Shown here in pieces: positions 13,301-26,332 of a stretch of 64,000 nt of DNA. Each line of letters starts with the position of its first letter. Within the stretch, counting starts at the first letter, position 1. Made by a program: the position numbers and the translations under genes. Under the pieces are notes generated by a model. The model worked only from the letters and a program-made list of their open reading frames with translations, ran no database searches and was not told where the DNA came from. Origin of the DNA: Tubiluchus corallicola (lineage: Eukaryota > Animalia > Priapulida); NCBI GenBank assembly GCA_030141605.1, contig JAQGDQ010000145.1, positions 372,001 to 436,000 on the forward strand. The letters are read 5' to 3'.

Positions 13301-15694
13301 ATTTTAACAAAATTACATTGATTTAAAAAACTCTAAGTTAGAAACGCGAAACTATTTGGTTTTGATATTTGAATCACAATAAATGCAGTACAAAATTAAA
13401 ATTGCATTGAAATTAGTTGAAATTATGTAGCAAAATGGTTCCTATACCAAATAAAATTTTCCTTGTTTTTGCTGAAAAACAGTTACTACTGAGATATTAA
13501 CACACTATCCACATATCATTTTTTTCATAATGGTTGTACAATGACCTCAAATACACAAGAAAATCAACAAGTAAAATAACATAAATTTAAATAACGTTAA
13601 GACAAAGAAACTTACCACAGTCTCTTCATAGTTAGATGCCCCAGGATTAACACAGACAATCATTTTCACCTTTCCTTCTCCATCAAAATAATTCTTAAAC
13701 AGGTGAGTAAGTTTGCTGTCCCTGTACGGCACCATCTTAAAGAATATTAACACAAATTACATTAAATTAGTAAAACATGCATCCTTATATCAATTTATCC
13801 AAGTGTTACACGGTTTTTTTAGACTAACTTACTTTACTTCTTTAATTCACAAACGTCATTAATAAGTAAACGTAAAGGCCCACTCCATTTACAGAGAAGC
13901 ACTAGTGCAAATCATAACAGATTTTATAGAAATCTAAGGTATTAAAATCGAAAGAAATGCGCCAAATTATACAAAATGCAAAACAGAAATTTATAAGACA
14001 ATGACTTCTTCATAGTGATATGATACTAAAGTGAAAAGGAAAGTTAAAGTGAGAAACCAGCATATTGGTTTCATTTGATAGACAGGCGGTACAAGTGTTA
14101 GTGATCGGTTAATGAAAGCGCACCACCTTTATTATTATGTCGCTTCTCAATAGTAATGGTTTGGTGATTAAAAAGGAAAAAAACGGAATTTCAAAGTATA
14201 TCCCGAACAACTTTACAAAGTTTAATTACTTAACATTACGCTTACCTGCTTGACAGACTTATGTAATAGGAAAAGAAAAATTTTAACAATTCAAAATATT
14301 TATGCCAACTGGTAAAACTTCACTGACTCACCTTTCATTCCCAAGTGTGCACTACTGATTCACAAAAAACGCATTATTGACTTTATTGATAGTACAATGT
14401 AATTTAAACTTTTGCTTAGTTAGCGAAGAGTTTCTAATGAATGCTCTGATGATTTAGGCAAACTTTAGGCAATGTTATTTAAACGTGTTTCAAACTACAT
14501 ATTGTTAAAATGACTGCGTTTAACAGTTATCGTGGGAGTATAAATACACAAGTTTTAAAAAGCATTACTGCTAATGCAAGTTACTACTACGACAGCAAGT
14601 AAGGGATATAAAATTTCAAAATGAATTTTTCCAGTTTATTTATGAAAAGTGTTTTCTTGTGCTTTTAAACATCGTTTGAAGTTACAATTGTAAATGCAAA
14701 TGCAGAGAAATGCTGAAAACGAGTTGTCATCATTTGGCTTAAATAATGGTTCCAGACAGTTTATTGCATTTACAGTTGCATAATTTAATAACAACTTCAT
14801 GTCAGGTGCCCAGGTGCTTGCCAATATGCCTTATTATACTGTAGCATGTCTTACAAAAATGTCTTTTCCCAAACAAAACTTTGAAGCTTAATTCGCAAAA
14901 GTTTAGTTTGCACTTTTTTCCGGTTTACAGTATTCTGCACAATAGTTTCCTAATAAACTATAATATATAATGTACCTGGTCTGTATTATTTTTTTGATTC
15001 TCCCTCAGAATCTCAATGCATGTGCGTAACGTCATTAATGAATTATTGATGTTACCTGTAATTTAAAAGATATGCAACATTTAATGAAATGCTAACTCTC
15101 TAAACCGAAAACTAAGAAAGCTAGTTAGCAAAATAAATGTCATGTATCTTATTTAATGTTGAAATGGCTAACCTGCTTCTCTGAGACGAGCTCCGGCATT
15201 ATTAGTTCGATAAGTTCTTTCACTCCCAGCTAAATCAACCAGAGAAAGCTGGCTAATTGATATCATTTCTCTGTCCTAGTCAGAAACAAAATATGTCATA
15301 ACATTTTATATAACACAAAATTAATCCTCTGTAATCACCTCTGTTAAGAAATGAATAAGTCAGAAAGAGGCTTGGTATGATTTTACGTTCTGTTCACAAG
15401 ACATTTCACAAAGAATTTTGAAGAAATTTGACACAGGTATTGCAAAAAGCTAAAGACTAAAGCTCAGAATTTCATAAGAATCAATTGAGCAAAAGAAAAA
15501 ATTGTATTTTTGTATTAACTAAGTGATGGCTTACACAAATTCAATGTGATTTTATAAAACGTAACGAAAAAATGCAAAGTTAAAGCTTCACTCCATTATA
15601 AACAAAATGATATCAGACAAACCGAAGATGCAGGACATATAAGAAACTCATGACATTCAAATTTTCCGATGAATTAGATACTATATACCAGTTG

Positions 15695-15738
<44 letters not shown>

Positions 15739-18700
15739 ATAAATCTACAAAGTGCAATTTGTAATATATACTACAAATAGTGTAAGAATTACTGTAAGAA
15801 AATTTATTATCATCTATAAGTGAACTTATAAGCTTGCCTGTAAAACCTCCTCTCCTTGAGGATCAAGAGGTGCTGTGGCAAGCCTGATGTTAAACACACT
15901 ATGACTACGACTAGATTCCGTGTTAAGTACAGTGTGAGCCATCCGACGTTTTTTCTGACCTAGAAATGAAATGGAGTCAGAAACAATCAAAATGCAGTTT
16001 CCCTTGCAAAGATATAATATAGAAGACAACAATAAAGCACTTTACAGACACTTGCACAAAGCATTAGTATCTAAAACCCTTTATTGCATAAAAATTAATC
16101 TGGCAGACATTTATGGCGAGTTCAGAGGTAGAGACCTCTTTCCCAACTTATTGCAAACTCAGCGAGAGTTGCTGAAAGTTAACAATTTGGGCAATAAGTT
16201 GCGAGAGAAGTTGCCAAGCCTTTCACACATGCAACTTTACTCTCAGAGAGAAGTTGCACAGCAAGTTGCGAGAGAAGTCTGAGAATGCAATTGTCTCTGC
16301 AAACATTTGAAACGATAATCAAATTGGAAACGAATTAACAGAATCCACCTCAAAAGTGATGAAAACATTTAATCTAGCTTGAGAATACCACTAAATTCAT
16401 GTTTATAATGACCTTGACAAGATAGCAGCTAAAACTGTCACATCTGAAAACATACCTCTAAGAAGAACATCAAATGCTTCATCTGTGTTTTTGACTTCCA
16501 CTTCAACTGCACCGCTAACGTACATGTTACGATTTTCATCCTCTCGCATTACTTTAGATGTTGGTGGCCTGAATTAGTTTACAAAAGGAACCTCAGCGCT
16601 ACTTTAGACATGACAATACAATAAAATGTTGACATTTCAATTGTAAGAAAAATTCAAAGCCATATGTTTTCATGATTAACTAATGAAATAACAGAAAATC
16701 GTAATTAGTTAGAAATTACTCAAGTAGACCTGAGTAAACTAACACATGGATAATTGGATTGGTTATTGAGCTGATAGGTTTGATTTAACATCTGCCTAGA
16801 TTATAAGAGGATGTGTGGTCTACGGTCATGGTTTTGGAATGGTAATCTACAGTTCCTTGGTTCAATCCAGGCTCTGCCAAGACTTTTTCAGGCAAATTTG
16901 GTTTAAAAAATTCAAGAATCGAGTGCTTTTTGAGTAAAGCAATTTTTGGTAATTACAGCAATTAATTTTTTCGTAACAAAAATACGAAAATCGGGCCGTT
17001 ATCAGGCAACAAATTTTCATTAATAATTTCCTAAATGAGCAATTTTTGCTACCAAACTGCAATACCTTTGTTTGATAGCATCTGATGGCATTTCTTCCAA
17101 CAAGTCATAAATATAGTTATTGTAAATCTCACAGTACGAGATAAAAACTGAATAGACGAAATCGTCATCTAAGCCAGTGACACGCGTCTGGTCTGGTACA
17201 CGCTGTCCATATTCAAAGTCAACACCCTTTCCCCTGCAACAACGTAGAATGCAATTCAATTAACCACAGCAAATATTGCAGCTATGGTTCAATGATTTTA
17301 AGCAGAAAGAGCATAACTATAAACACACATACTATAAACATAGTTTTATAAATTACCACGATTATAATTATTATAGTTTTATAATACAATTTATAATATC
17401 ACAGAACCTGCGGGGTGTTGTTGGTACTTTGGGTATATGGTTGGTTGCGATATCTTTCTGTTGTCGTTCCAACATTGCATCGGCTTCAGTCTGCACGTCA
17501 AACATGTTAGCATGGTCTGGCTTAAGCACCTGAATGAAGAGCAAGCAGTTTTGTAGTCTCATTTTATTCGATTAAACAACAGGAACAACATAACTTACAA
17601 AAAGTTATGTAAGTTATATAGTTACGTAACTTATGTTCCAAGGAAAAATGGTTGTAATTCGGCAGTGAAGTCACCAACAATTCTACACGATTTTGACTTA
17701 TAATTTCTAGAAAACACCACTCTTCAGTATTCATGCAGTCGGTTTTATCAACTGGGGACTTTCTCAATTAACCACAGCGTGTAGGATAATACTACACCAC
17801 CTGACTACAAACTAGCAAACCAAGTCTGCGAAAATAATTTAAAGGAAGTTAGTCAGTTTTAGTTTCTTTACTGAAAACTAGTTTCCATCATTTTCATCAA
17901 CTCTGTTGTAAGATATAGAGCCATAAAAGAAGACATGTTAACTTAAATATTATTAACAACATTTTATTTCATACATACTTTGCATAAGTATTTCATTAAA
18001 AAGTGTTATTAGTCAAGATCATTTACATGATTAGTAATAAAAACGTAATTTTGTAGTAATAATCACCATACAGGATCTAGTTTTTATGACATGCAATTGC
18101 CAGAAAAATGTTTGGCAGTTACACGCGTGCATAGTACACAATCAGATGCATCATGACTTACATATTTTCGTGCTTGCAATTCTGATATACTGTTGAAGAT
18201 GACATCAAGTGTACGAGGAAGAATGCCGCCGTCCTGAGGAGTTCCAGTCATTGTGTATGTTTTTCCAGATCCAGTGATGCCATAGGTGAACAATAAACCT
18301 GTTTCAAGGCAATGTTGCAAATATCTGTTAAGCTTTGCTTCTACCAATACACTCACTTATATGAAAAGACAATACAAATGCAGCAAAAAACAATTTTTTG
18401 TTTTTGTTTGTGTTAAGTTACTTTGGAAAGTGAAAAGAAAAGGAATCGTATTGAAACCACATGTATGCACAAACTAAGAGTTTCAGCTCTTTCACACATC
18501 TTTGATAATCGCATAATAATTTTTATTGACAAAGCAGAAAAGGTTTCTGCAAGATATTAGTTTTTTTCTGTTTGCATATGTAAAGACCGACAAATACACG
18601 CATTCTACAATGACCATTATTAATATGACATTTCATTGTTTGAATTCTGTTATACTTAAACCGTATACCATTTTTACAATGCAGCAAGTCATCCACAAGA

Positions 18701-21700
18701 GGAAGGGCTACATGATCAAATACAGCTTTCTGCGATGTGCGTTCATCCAAGAGAAACTTGAAAGTGTACTCTTGCTGAAAATAAATTTAAAACATTTAAT
18801 TAGCAGACAGAAAAGTTTTAAAAACACATCAATATAAGATTAGAAGAAAAACAATTGCTGGTGGAAATTAAATTTAAACTTGAAGCAAATAAGATGGATG
18901 GAAAGCTGCAAAATTTCTGCCTGCTGGTTATTTTAACTAGTGTTTGCAAAGGTTGGCAAAAAATCAGACTCAGGTATCGTTCTCCTTACACCCTTCGGGT
19001 ACCCAAATTGTTAAGATAAAGCGGCAGTGAAGAAACTGTAATCATTTATATTCACAAATAAAAATAACCACTGCTGCATTTTAACTAACTGCACTGATAT
19101 ATTAACAACCAACACTCAATTATTACACCCTGAGAGCTTGAAGAAACGAGCTGTTAGTCGCGAAAGTTAGTGTTTTTGCCAAAAGGCATCTGACTGATTT
19201 CTTATCTGCCAGACTTCTTAATTACTTAACTGCACACTTTATCAATGAGTCAGCTACGTCAGCCTAGGTAGTACCGCACTGAGCACTATTAATACAGCAT
19301 AGGGATTAGGAGAATAAAATAATCTATATTTTCCTTTCTGTTCGTCCTCCTAGTAAAGAAATCATAGTTTGTTTTTTGTAAGTCATCCCTATGTTTGATC
19401 TGGTTTATCATCAAAATGGTTTGATTTGTCATCTTCCTACTGGCTGTTATCCTGATGCACTGCCAATGCAGCATTTAATAGTCTGCTAGTAAGTACCCAC
19501 TGTAGAAGTGCACAGCAGAAGGTGGCATTTAAAGTTTGAATTCTCTAAACAGTGGACATCGTATTGGACAACAATGGACAAAATTAAATAATGTCAGCAT
19601 TTTCACTACTGGAACAGGATAGAAACATTAGGCTCAGGTAATAAACAATGCGGGTAATTACTCGGTTACCCAATGGAAACACTAACTTTACCCTATGCTA
19701 GTCATAGTCAGCAAAATCTGTTGATGTACATCATGAAGCATTGGTCCCTTACACTTTGAATTATAAACAGACATTTATTTCGCATTAAGAAAGACACACG
19801 CATTTTTAAAATAAGAAATGGATGCCAGCATGCAAAATTTAATTTGTGATGATTGTTTTATAGCTAAAACGCCACAACTTTATTAAAACTTTTAATTTAC
19901 TTGGTTAAAAATCACGTCAAAACATTTTAACAAAGCTGCTGCTGTCATCATCAGTACTAAATTTTTACAAACATACAACCAGTTTATATAGGTAGAGCCT
20001 ACATTGTGCACTAATTACGTATTTAACAGAAGCCAGATAGGTAATGACCAAACACCAAGAAAAGATCAGTAGAAAAGAAATTGATACAGTAAATTATGCA
20101 CTAAATATGTATTTACAAAAGCCAAATAGGTAAGGATTAATCGTTGCCTATTTGGCTTTTTGTAAAAACATACTTCGTACATCATCTATTGTATCAATTT
20201 CTTTTCTACTGGTCTGCTTATCATAATCTATTTGGCATCTGTTAAATACATAATTAGTGCATAATGTTCTATACTGTAGGCTCTGCCTATAAAAACTGGT
20301 TATATGCTTGTAAAAATTTACCACTAATGATGACAGCATTAGCTCTGTCGAAATGTTTGACATGATTTTTAACCAAGTAGATTAAAAGTTTTAATAAAGT
20401 TGTAGTGCCTAAACTATAAAAGTTTTTAAGTGCCTGAAAAATAAAAAAAATTGATAGTTTTATAACGTAAAACAGGTAGTCCCTCATAATAGGCAGACAA
20501 CGTCAAAATGTTCAAGTCTGTATTTTAATTAACTTTTAATATCAACAATAAACCACACTTTCTGAAAATATACTATGGCTTAATTAAATGTGTAGTATAT
20601 TATTGGAAGAACTGCACTGCACATAAGTTAACAGAACTTAAATTACAATTTTGCACAATGCAATAAATAACAATCAATATGTGACTTAATCATTCTTTTT
20701 AGAAAAATATTTCATTTGACTGAACAATCAACCATAATTTTCAATCTTACTGAAAAGAATGGTGTATTAAAAATACAGCCCTGGCAATTAAACTGATACA
20801 AAAACCCCAAATAAAATGTTCCCAAGTGTAGATACCCAAAAATAAAATTTAGAAAAACCTCTTTATAATTTCCTGATTTGTAGGCTGCAGACGATTGCGG
20901 TGGCCATAATCGTATTGTCTGAGGTGATTTTGGTTCGCAACACTTCTCAGTTTCATGTTCTTCTAGAGGACGCAGTCTACAGTAAACCTAAAATAACGAA
21001 TGAAAACAAATGGTTGATAAAATGAATAGTAGAAATTATACAGTAGCTACAATATGATAACTCTGCTATAGTAAATGATTCCTGTCAAAACGCTCTAGCT
21101 GATATCAAAAAGTAGTACCAAAAATCAAAATACTAGAGACAAAAAAAACTGCATTGACATTTTAAAGTAGGATACAGAATTTCAAAAACTTTATTCTTAT
21201 TTTGCTATTTACTTTATTTTCTTTTGGCGTGAACTATGTTTTGCCTTCACTATTCACATTTGAAGATACACTTACTGTTTTGATAGTTTACGTGAAAGTC
21301 TTAGTAGTTGGAAGCTCTGCTGAGCAGTCATGTGTAAACAATGTACAAAGAAATTGCAATTAACTAATGCATTTATTGCACTATAAATAAACTTACAAAC
21401 GTTGTGGCAAAACTTCTGGCTGTTGTGAAAAGGCAAAAATGTTGGCAAAGTTAAAAAACCAGAAGATCAAGTTGAATGAAAAACGCTCTCCACTAATAAA
21501 ATATTGTATTGAACAATTGTGTAATTAAATTTGAATTTACCTCAACTGGATCTTTTGGGGCAGACCTCGGAGGACGCTTTGGAGTTCTTCTCGGTGTCTT
21601 GCCTCTACTGAAATTAGTAAAAATAATCAAGCATATATGAGCACGTTAGCCTAAGCTAAAAAGATTCATATATGTATTAAAAATACCCAAACATATCCTG

Positions 21701-24700
21701 CTTTTAAGTGCTTTAAAAGGTCTATGAGGCAGCACCCATGGTTAGTGTTTCTATGAAGAAACAGAAAATGTTTTCTTTTTTTAAAAGGGACTGATCTGCA
21801 AAAATGGAAACTATGATGCCTTGACAATCTTTTTTGGCATTATTTAGAGATGAAAATTTATCCACCGATCAAACATACTTGGTGTTATCCAAAAACAATT
21901 AAAAAAGTCATTCAAGTAAGTCAGCATTTCTGTTATTGCGCTTCTCCTTTTAGTTTCGAAATACTTGCAAATAATGTTTTGTTTCATTTTTTGCTGAAGT
22001 TCTTCCTTCTTTGTTTTGCTTTTCCTTTGCAGCACATGCTAAAACAAAGCTTGTCTTCATAAAGCCGTTTTGGTGCTATTTCAGAAATGAAGAGAAGTTA
22101 AAGAACACCCCTTCAACAAATAATTACGTGCAAAATAACTGTCACTAGTGTCAGTGTCAGCGAAAACTTGCCCTATAGATAGAGATCACTGCTTTGAAGG
22201 ACTGTGTGGACTAGGTATAATGAAGCTAATGTCAGCTACGTTTTTATATAGTGAAACTACGCAAAAATCTGTTAGGTATATTCAAGTTGTTACGAGGTGA
22301 TTAATCAAAATATTAATAACAAGGCAGTGACTAAAGGTACGGATCTGAATCCGGAACTGCAGCAACTAAAAATACGGATCCGTGTCTCAAAAGCATTCAC
22401 TAGAAAATACGGATCGCCGTACCGCGAAAGATATTGATGAGAAATACGGTTCACCATCAGAGAGGGGCAATATATCACTTTCTTGTTTATCCACAACCCC
22501 AAAATGCACAATTGTAAATATCCGCATCTGCTAGATACACAGATTGAGTGAAATTGAATATCCCCATAGATATCTATATTACATAATCCCTAGATAGGAC
22601 AAGCGGTGAATGCGCGCAATACTCCGTCATATTATGGTGAGCAAGTCATGCTTTATTACTATAGTGTCTGCCTATTTTTTGTATGAAAGAAGCGTGTATC
22701 CCCCATTTGCATACGAAAAATAACAGGATTACATTAAAAAACTTTTTTCTTATATTATGCTGAACTTTTAATTTTTTCTTATATAAATATGTTTATATTG
22801 TCAATTGAATACATATGCGTCTTTCCATTCCAACAGTTTTATCTCACTAATTAGCATTGTTAGTGCTTGAACATTTAATAATGTAATAGATTACATAAGT
22901 TTTAAGGTACTTGATTGACGTTAGTTAATATTTCTACTGATAAATACTTTTAAAAAGAATATCCTATTACTGTACATGCCCATTTTAATTTCTAATAATT
23001 ATAAATGTTTTCTGTTGCTTTACATGTAACTCTAAGGAAATTGCAACAACAGTGAACCATTGTCTGCATAGTGGCAAAAGTATTAGAATATAATTATTCA
23101 GTTAGAACATTTTTTACAAAATGCAAAATTCTGAAAGATTATTTTTGAAGTATCAAAGCGATTTACTGCATTACTTAAATGAGCATTCCACACTTACAGT
23201 GTACACTATTTTTTTGACAGGGTCATCGGTCAAAAACTCTTCAAACAAACACTTTACGTACAGCAAATTAAACACATAATTACAGCAATAAATGGTCCTT
23301 ACACTGGGGCAATAGGCATTTGAGGCCTTTAAGTGGTCGAAATAGTTCAGTTAGGAGTTTTGTAACTCTTTTCGGCATTAAGGATACAAAATTTTAATTC
23401 ACAAACAGAAATTATTGCTTTCTAATCAGCGAATTAACTAGTTTTCATAGACTAGCTTTATACATTACACATTATAAGTCGTGGCCAATTCAAACCTTTA
23501 ATCCTGAGGATTGTCAAAATCCGCATTTTTTATAAATGTCACAAAAAGGACGGATCCGTATTTGTTACAAAAATAGCTATGAATACGGATCCGTAGGATC
23601 AGCCACTGCCTAATAACAAATTAGGTTTAGTAAATTACCAGAAAATATGCAAGAACTCTTTATAAATTGTAGAGCAGAAGTGGTTAATGACAAGTAAATT
23701 ATTAAACCACCGGCCAACTACAGGGCCAGGAAGCAAGTGATCATGTTATATACTTAATTTTATTTTTAATCAATATCGCTCCTAAGTAGTAGTTTATTCT
23801 AGCTTTCAGAATAGCAGCTTTTAAGCTTCCGGGTTTCACTATTACAATATTCTTTACAATGATATCAGGACCTAGAGTTCAACTCGTGCATGGTCTCTTC
23901 TGATATTCATTTTGAATTTATCGATAGATGGTGCATTGACAGTATATACTGAGTTCGAGTTCCACACGAGAGGCAAAAAAATGAGAACGGATACTGGTTT
24001 GCCTATACTCGAAGAAGAGCTTGGAATCATGGCTTCGTAGTTCTCTGCATGGTCTTGAGAAAAAATCTTGTTCTTGTAAAACTGAGAGTCTTTTCATAAT
24101 TTTATAACAATTGAAAAGATCAGCAGTGCATCGGCATTGTTCCAAAGTGGACATCACTGCAGGATATGCATCATGGACTAGCCTCATACATCAGTCTTGC
24201 GTTTTCTCCAAAGCATCTTTGAGAGTCACTTACTGCGGTGGCCACACTACTGATGCAAATTCCACAATAGGACGAACGGCTGCTTTGTATTGAGGGACTA
24301 TAACATTAGCAGATCTTAAACGACATAATGTTTGATCAATTCGACGATTTGCCTGAACTATTATATGATTAACATTGGAATTCTACTTTCGGTCATTAGA
24401 TACATAGATGCCTAAATCACGTACTACAGGTTTCTCTTCTATGACTCCATCACTGATAATATATATAATATGGTGTGAGATTTATTCCGCACACGTAATA
24501 AACAACATTTGCTTCTCTTAAGTTGCATCAACCAGTCATTGCATAATTTTCAATTTCATTAAGATCATTTTGTAAAATAAATTGGTCTAAGTCACCCCAG
24601 ATTGGGCGATAAGGCTTAAGATCATCTACAAATAAAGGGATAAATTAATATTATTGACAAGAAAGCGACGGTTGCGTGTGTAATTGAGCAACATAAAATT

Positions 24701-24765
24701 TTCAGCTTCTGCACTTCTTGATAAATTCGTTATTATCATAATAGATACACTTACGTTGGCTTCAT
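4342..24765 (-). CDS. KIF23: Kinesin-like protein KIF23/MKLP1 (kinesin-6, centralspindlin subunit), 25 coding exons, about 882 aa
   Basis: Exons (minus): 24755-24765, 21541-21607, 20859-20987, 18669-18774, 18162-18298, 17408-17529, 17066-17233, 16456-16568, 15838-15959, 15173-15275, 14976-15055, 13616-13735, 13037-13181, 11976-12046, 11510-11612, 10807-10865, 9762-9911, 8455-8565, 7621-7768, 7273-7403, 6555-6651, 5804-5943, 5251-5418, 4810-4841, 4342-4357. Total 2649 nt, phases consistent. Motifs: MKPTRGKTPR, VYCRLRP, P-loop [33 protein letters not shown], coiled coil, [17 protein letters not shown] and the MKLP1 tail [23 protein letters not shown]...WTDVETRCS. Confidence 0.96.
7905..8420 (-). 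mobile_element. Degenerate 3' fragment of a CR1/L2/Rex-group LINE in a KIF23 intron
   Basis: Minus strand translates to [15 protein letters not shown], resembling the '..RTxRYKNSFIP' C-terminus of this group. It is followed by AATAAA and a short (TCTG)n tail. Boundaries approximate. Confidence 0.4.
9965..10720. repeat. 34-bp minisatellite, about 22 copies, with a 136-bp higher-order repeat
   Basis: Unit AAAAGTAACATCACTGTTACCTGGCAGCA(C/T)GATG. The GTTAC core recurs every 34 bp from 9984 to about 10698. A four-unit block at 10201-10336 is repeated at 10337-10472. Confidence 0.95.
11157..11461 (-). mobile_element. Solo LTR (Gypsy-like), 305 bp
   Basis: Minus strand begins TGTTAC and ends ATTACA. 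4-bp TSD ATAT (11153-11156, 11462-11465). Homologous along its length to 37707-38056. Confidence 0.75.
15697..15741. repeat. (TA)n microsatellite
   Basis: Direct TA run with one interruption. Confidence 0.9.
18938..19684. mobile_element. Old hAT-like MITE
   Basis: Termini TAGTGTTTGCA and (reverse complement) TAGTGTTTCCA. Flanking 8-mers ATTTTAAC and ACTTTACC match 6/8. Subterminal CGGGTA motifs. Confidence 0.5.
19856..20421. repeat. Long imperfect palindrome (about 280-bp arms, almost no spacer) in KIF23 intron 3
   Basis: ACAACTTTATTAAAACTTTTAAT, GCTGTCATCAT, AGAGCCTACA and CAGTAGAAAAGAAATTGATACA on the left arm are all matched in reverse complement and in order on the right arm. Centre near 20138. 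Confidence 0.9.
22077..22220 (+). repeat. Dispersed repeat, second copy at about 25635-25780
   Basis: TATTTCAGAAATGAA..AAGTTA.AGAACACCCC.TCAACAA...TGTGGACTAG shared by both copies in the same orientation. Confidence 0.7.
22323..23610. mobile_element. Non-autonomous DNA transposon with 9-bp TSD (Mutator- or Merlin-like)
   Basis: Ends GGCAGTGACT...TACGGATC and (reverse complement) GGCAGTGGCT...TACGGATC. Perfect 9-bp direct repeat TAATAACAA at 22314-22322 and 23611-23619. Repeated subterminal ACGGATC motifs. Confidence 0.8.
23790..24655 (-). mobile_element. Degenerate 3' part of a CR1-like LINE
   Basis: Broken frames give [39 protein letters not shown] and RSHFFASRV, the typical CR1 RT C-terminal motifs. 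Confidence 0.75.
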
Positions 24766-24817
24766 CACGGAAACAAAATAATTTTCATTAAGAACCGATC
24801 ACAAAATGTTTATAAAT

Positions 24818-24970
24818 GTTTTAAAATTGGTGTTCTCACAACTGCGATCTGATTGGTTGAGTCGCTAATCTTGCTCTCATGAAAAACAGGTCTAAAGACG
24901 CACTGTGGAAATGCTTTCAGGACTCCAATGATAAGGCTTGAGAGAAACAAAAGCCCACAGGCCTCCAATG
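24818..24970 (-). promoter_or_regulatory. Putative KIF23 promoter: CCAAT boxes and CHR-like TTTAAA
   Basis: CCAAT on the minus strand at 24852-24856 and 24826-24830, TTTAAA at 24820-24825, and further CCAAT copies on the plus strand near 24924 and 24965. All lie within 200 bp upstream of the ATG. Motif match only. Confidence 0.4.
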
Positions 24971-26029
24971 AATAACTGAAACTGAAATCTGAAATCTTTG
25001 TAAGGAATAAAGCATGGCTCTAGAATTATCCACAACACAAGACTAAATACGTTGTTTGAATTGTAATGAAACTTTCATAAAAAGGAATAATGCGGCTCAT
25101 TCTCTTTAGCTGAAAGAAGAAAATCATATATGTCTATATAATTATAGTTTTCTACAAATATATAACCTTAATTGCCTATTTTACAATGTTCTCCATTTTG
25201 ATTGTATAAGAGGTAATGACGTTAGTTTCAGTTCATACTCACACATATAACGTACATCCAATATTAAAGTTTGTACTTCTACAACAAAAACAGCTACGTG
25301 ATGCCCGAGCATTATGTACCACAACATAAAATTATACGATTATAGGCTTATTACACCTACAACAGTCATACAATGCCAGTGTTGCACGTGAATATGAAAA
25401 CCTTATATACCTTATCCAGAGAAACAAGGAACCTAGATGTGAATACCTGTGAATGGTCCTCTCTCAAACGCCTTTTGAAACTGTCACTATCATTTGGAAT
25501 TAGAGTTTGGGTTGAAATTGCAAGAAGATAGTGCACCTCAAGTAGAGCCGTAACTAAGCTTGTGAAATCAAAATCTCATGACTTTCTTAAGTAGGTCAGA
25601 GCAACCTGGAGAGAGATTGTATGCCTCTTTCCACTATTTCAGAAATGAATACAAGTTAGAGAACACCCCATCAACAATTAAATAGTTATGTGCAAATTAA
25701 CTATCAGTGAAAACTGATCGTGTGGACAAGGCTCAGAGATTTGAATATCATTTTAATGAAGAACCATGTGGACTAGACATAACATGCATGCTCTTTTGTG
25801 AGACTGCTTTTTATTAATGATTCGAAAATTTATTTGAAAACTTTTAAAGCTGCATGTATTTAGATTAAAAAATATTCTTGTTCAATTTGATTTGAGTTTG
25901 AAAGTCACATTTGAACTCGTTTTCTGATAAAAAATGCTTACTCCATCTGTGATTTCAATGTCATCTTTGGTGCTTCTGTTATGCAACAATAAGATTTAAA
26001 AAAAATTTTGTGTGAAAAAAACCCGCTTT

Positions 26030-26285
26030 CTTCTTCTTTTCCTTCAAAGTCTCATTCCAACTATCGTAGGCATTGAGGTATCAACATTTATCATAGTATT
26101 CCACCCACTTCTATCTGCAGCTAACATCGTGTTCTTTTACTCCTAAAGATAGATTTGGTTGAAGTGGTTGAAATTCTTTATTTATTTTAGCTATTCAATT
26201 TGTTTTAGGTTTGGCAGGTGGTTTTTTGCAAGATTTTAAGGCTTCCTTTTAGGCGATTCTTACTGGTGCTTCATTCGTAATCTTA
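26030..26285 (-). mobile_element. 3' end of an older RTE-like LINE, split by the younger RTE insertion
   Basis: Translates EAPVRIA*KEALKSCKKPPAKPKTN*, continuing the RWLGHLLRL fragment that ends at about 29960. (GAA)n-like tail near 26030. Confidence 0.65.
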
Positions 26286-26332
26286 TCGTACATCGTACAA
26301 CGTCGAAGCCGATACGGCTAAATCAGTGCGAG

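Noticed and set aside
16355-16447. C/D-box snoRNA-like GTGATGA...CTGA
   Set aside because: It is antisense to the host KIF23 transcript and lacks a terminal stem.
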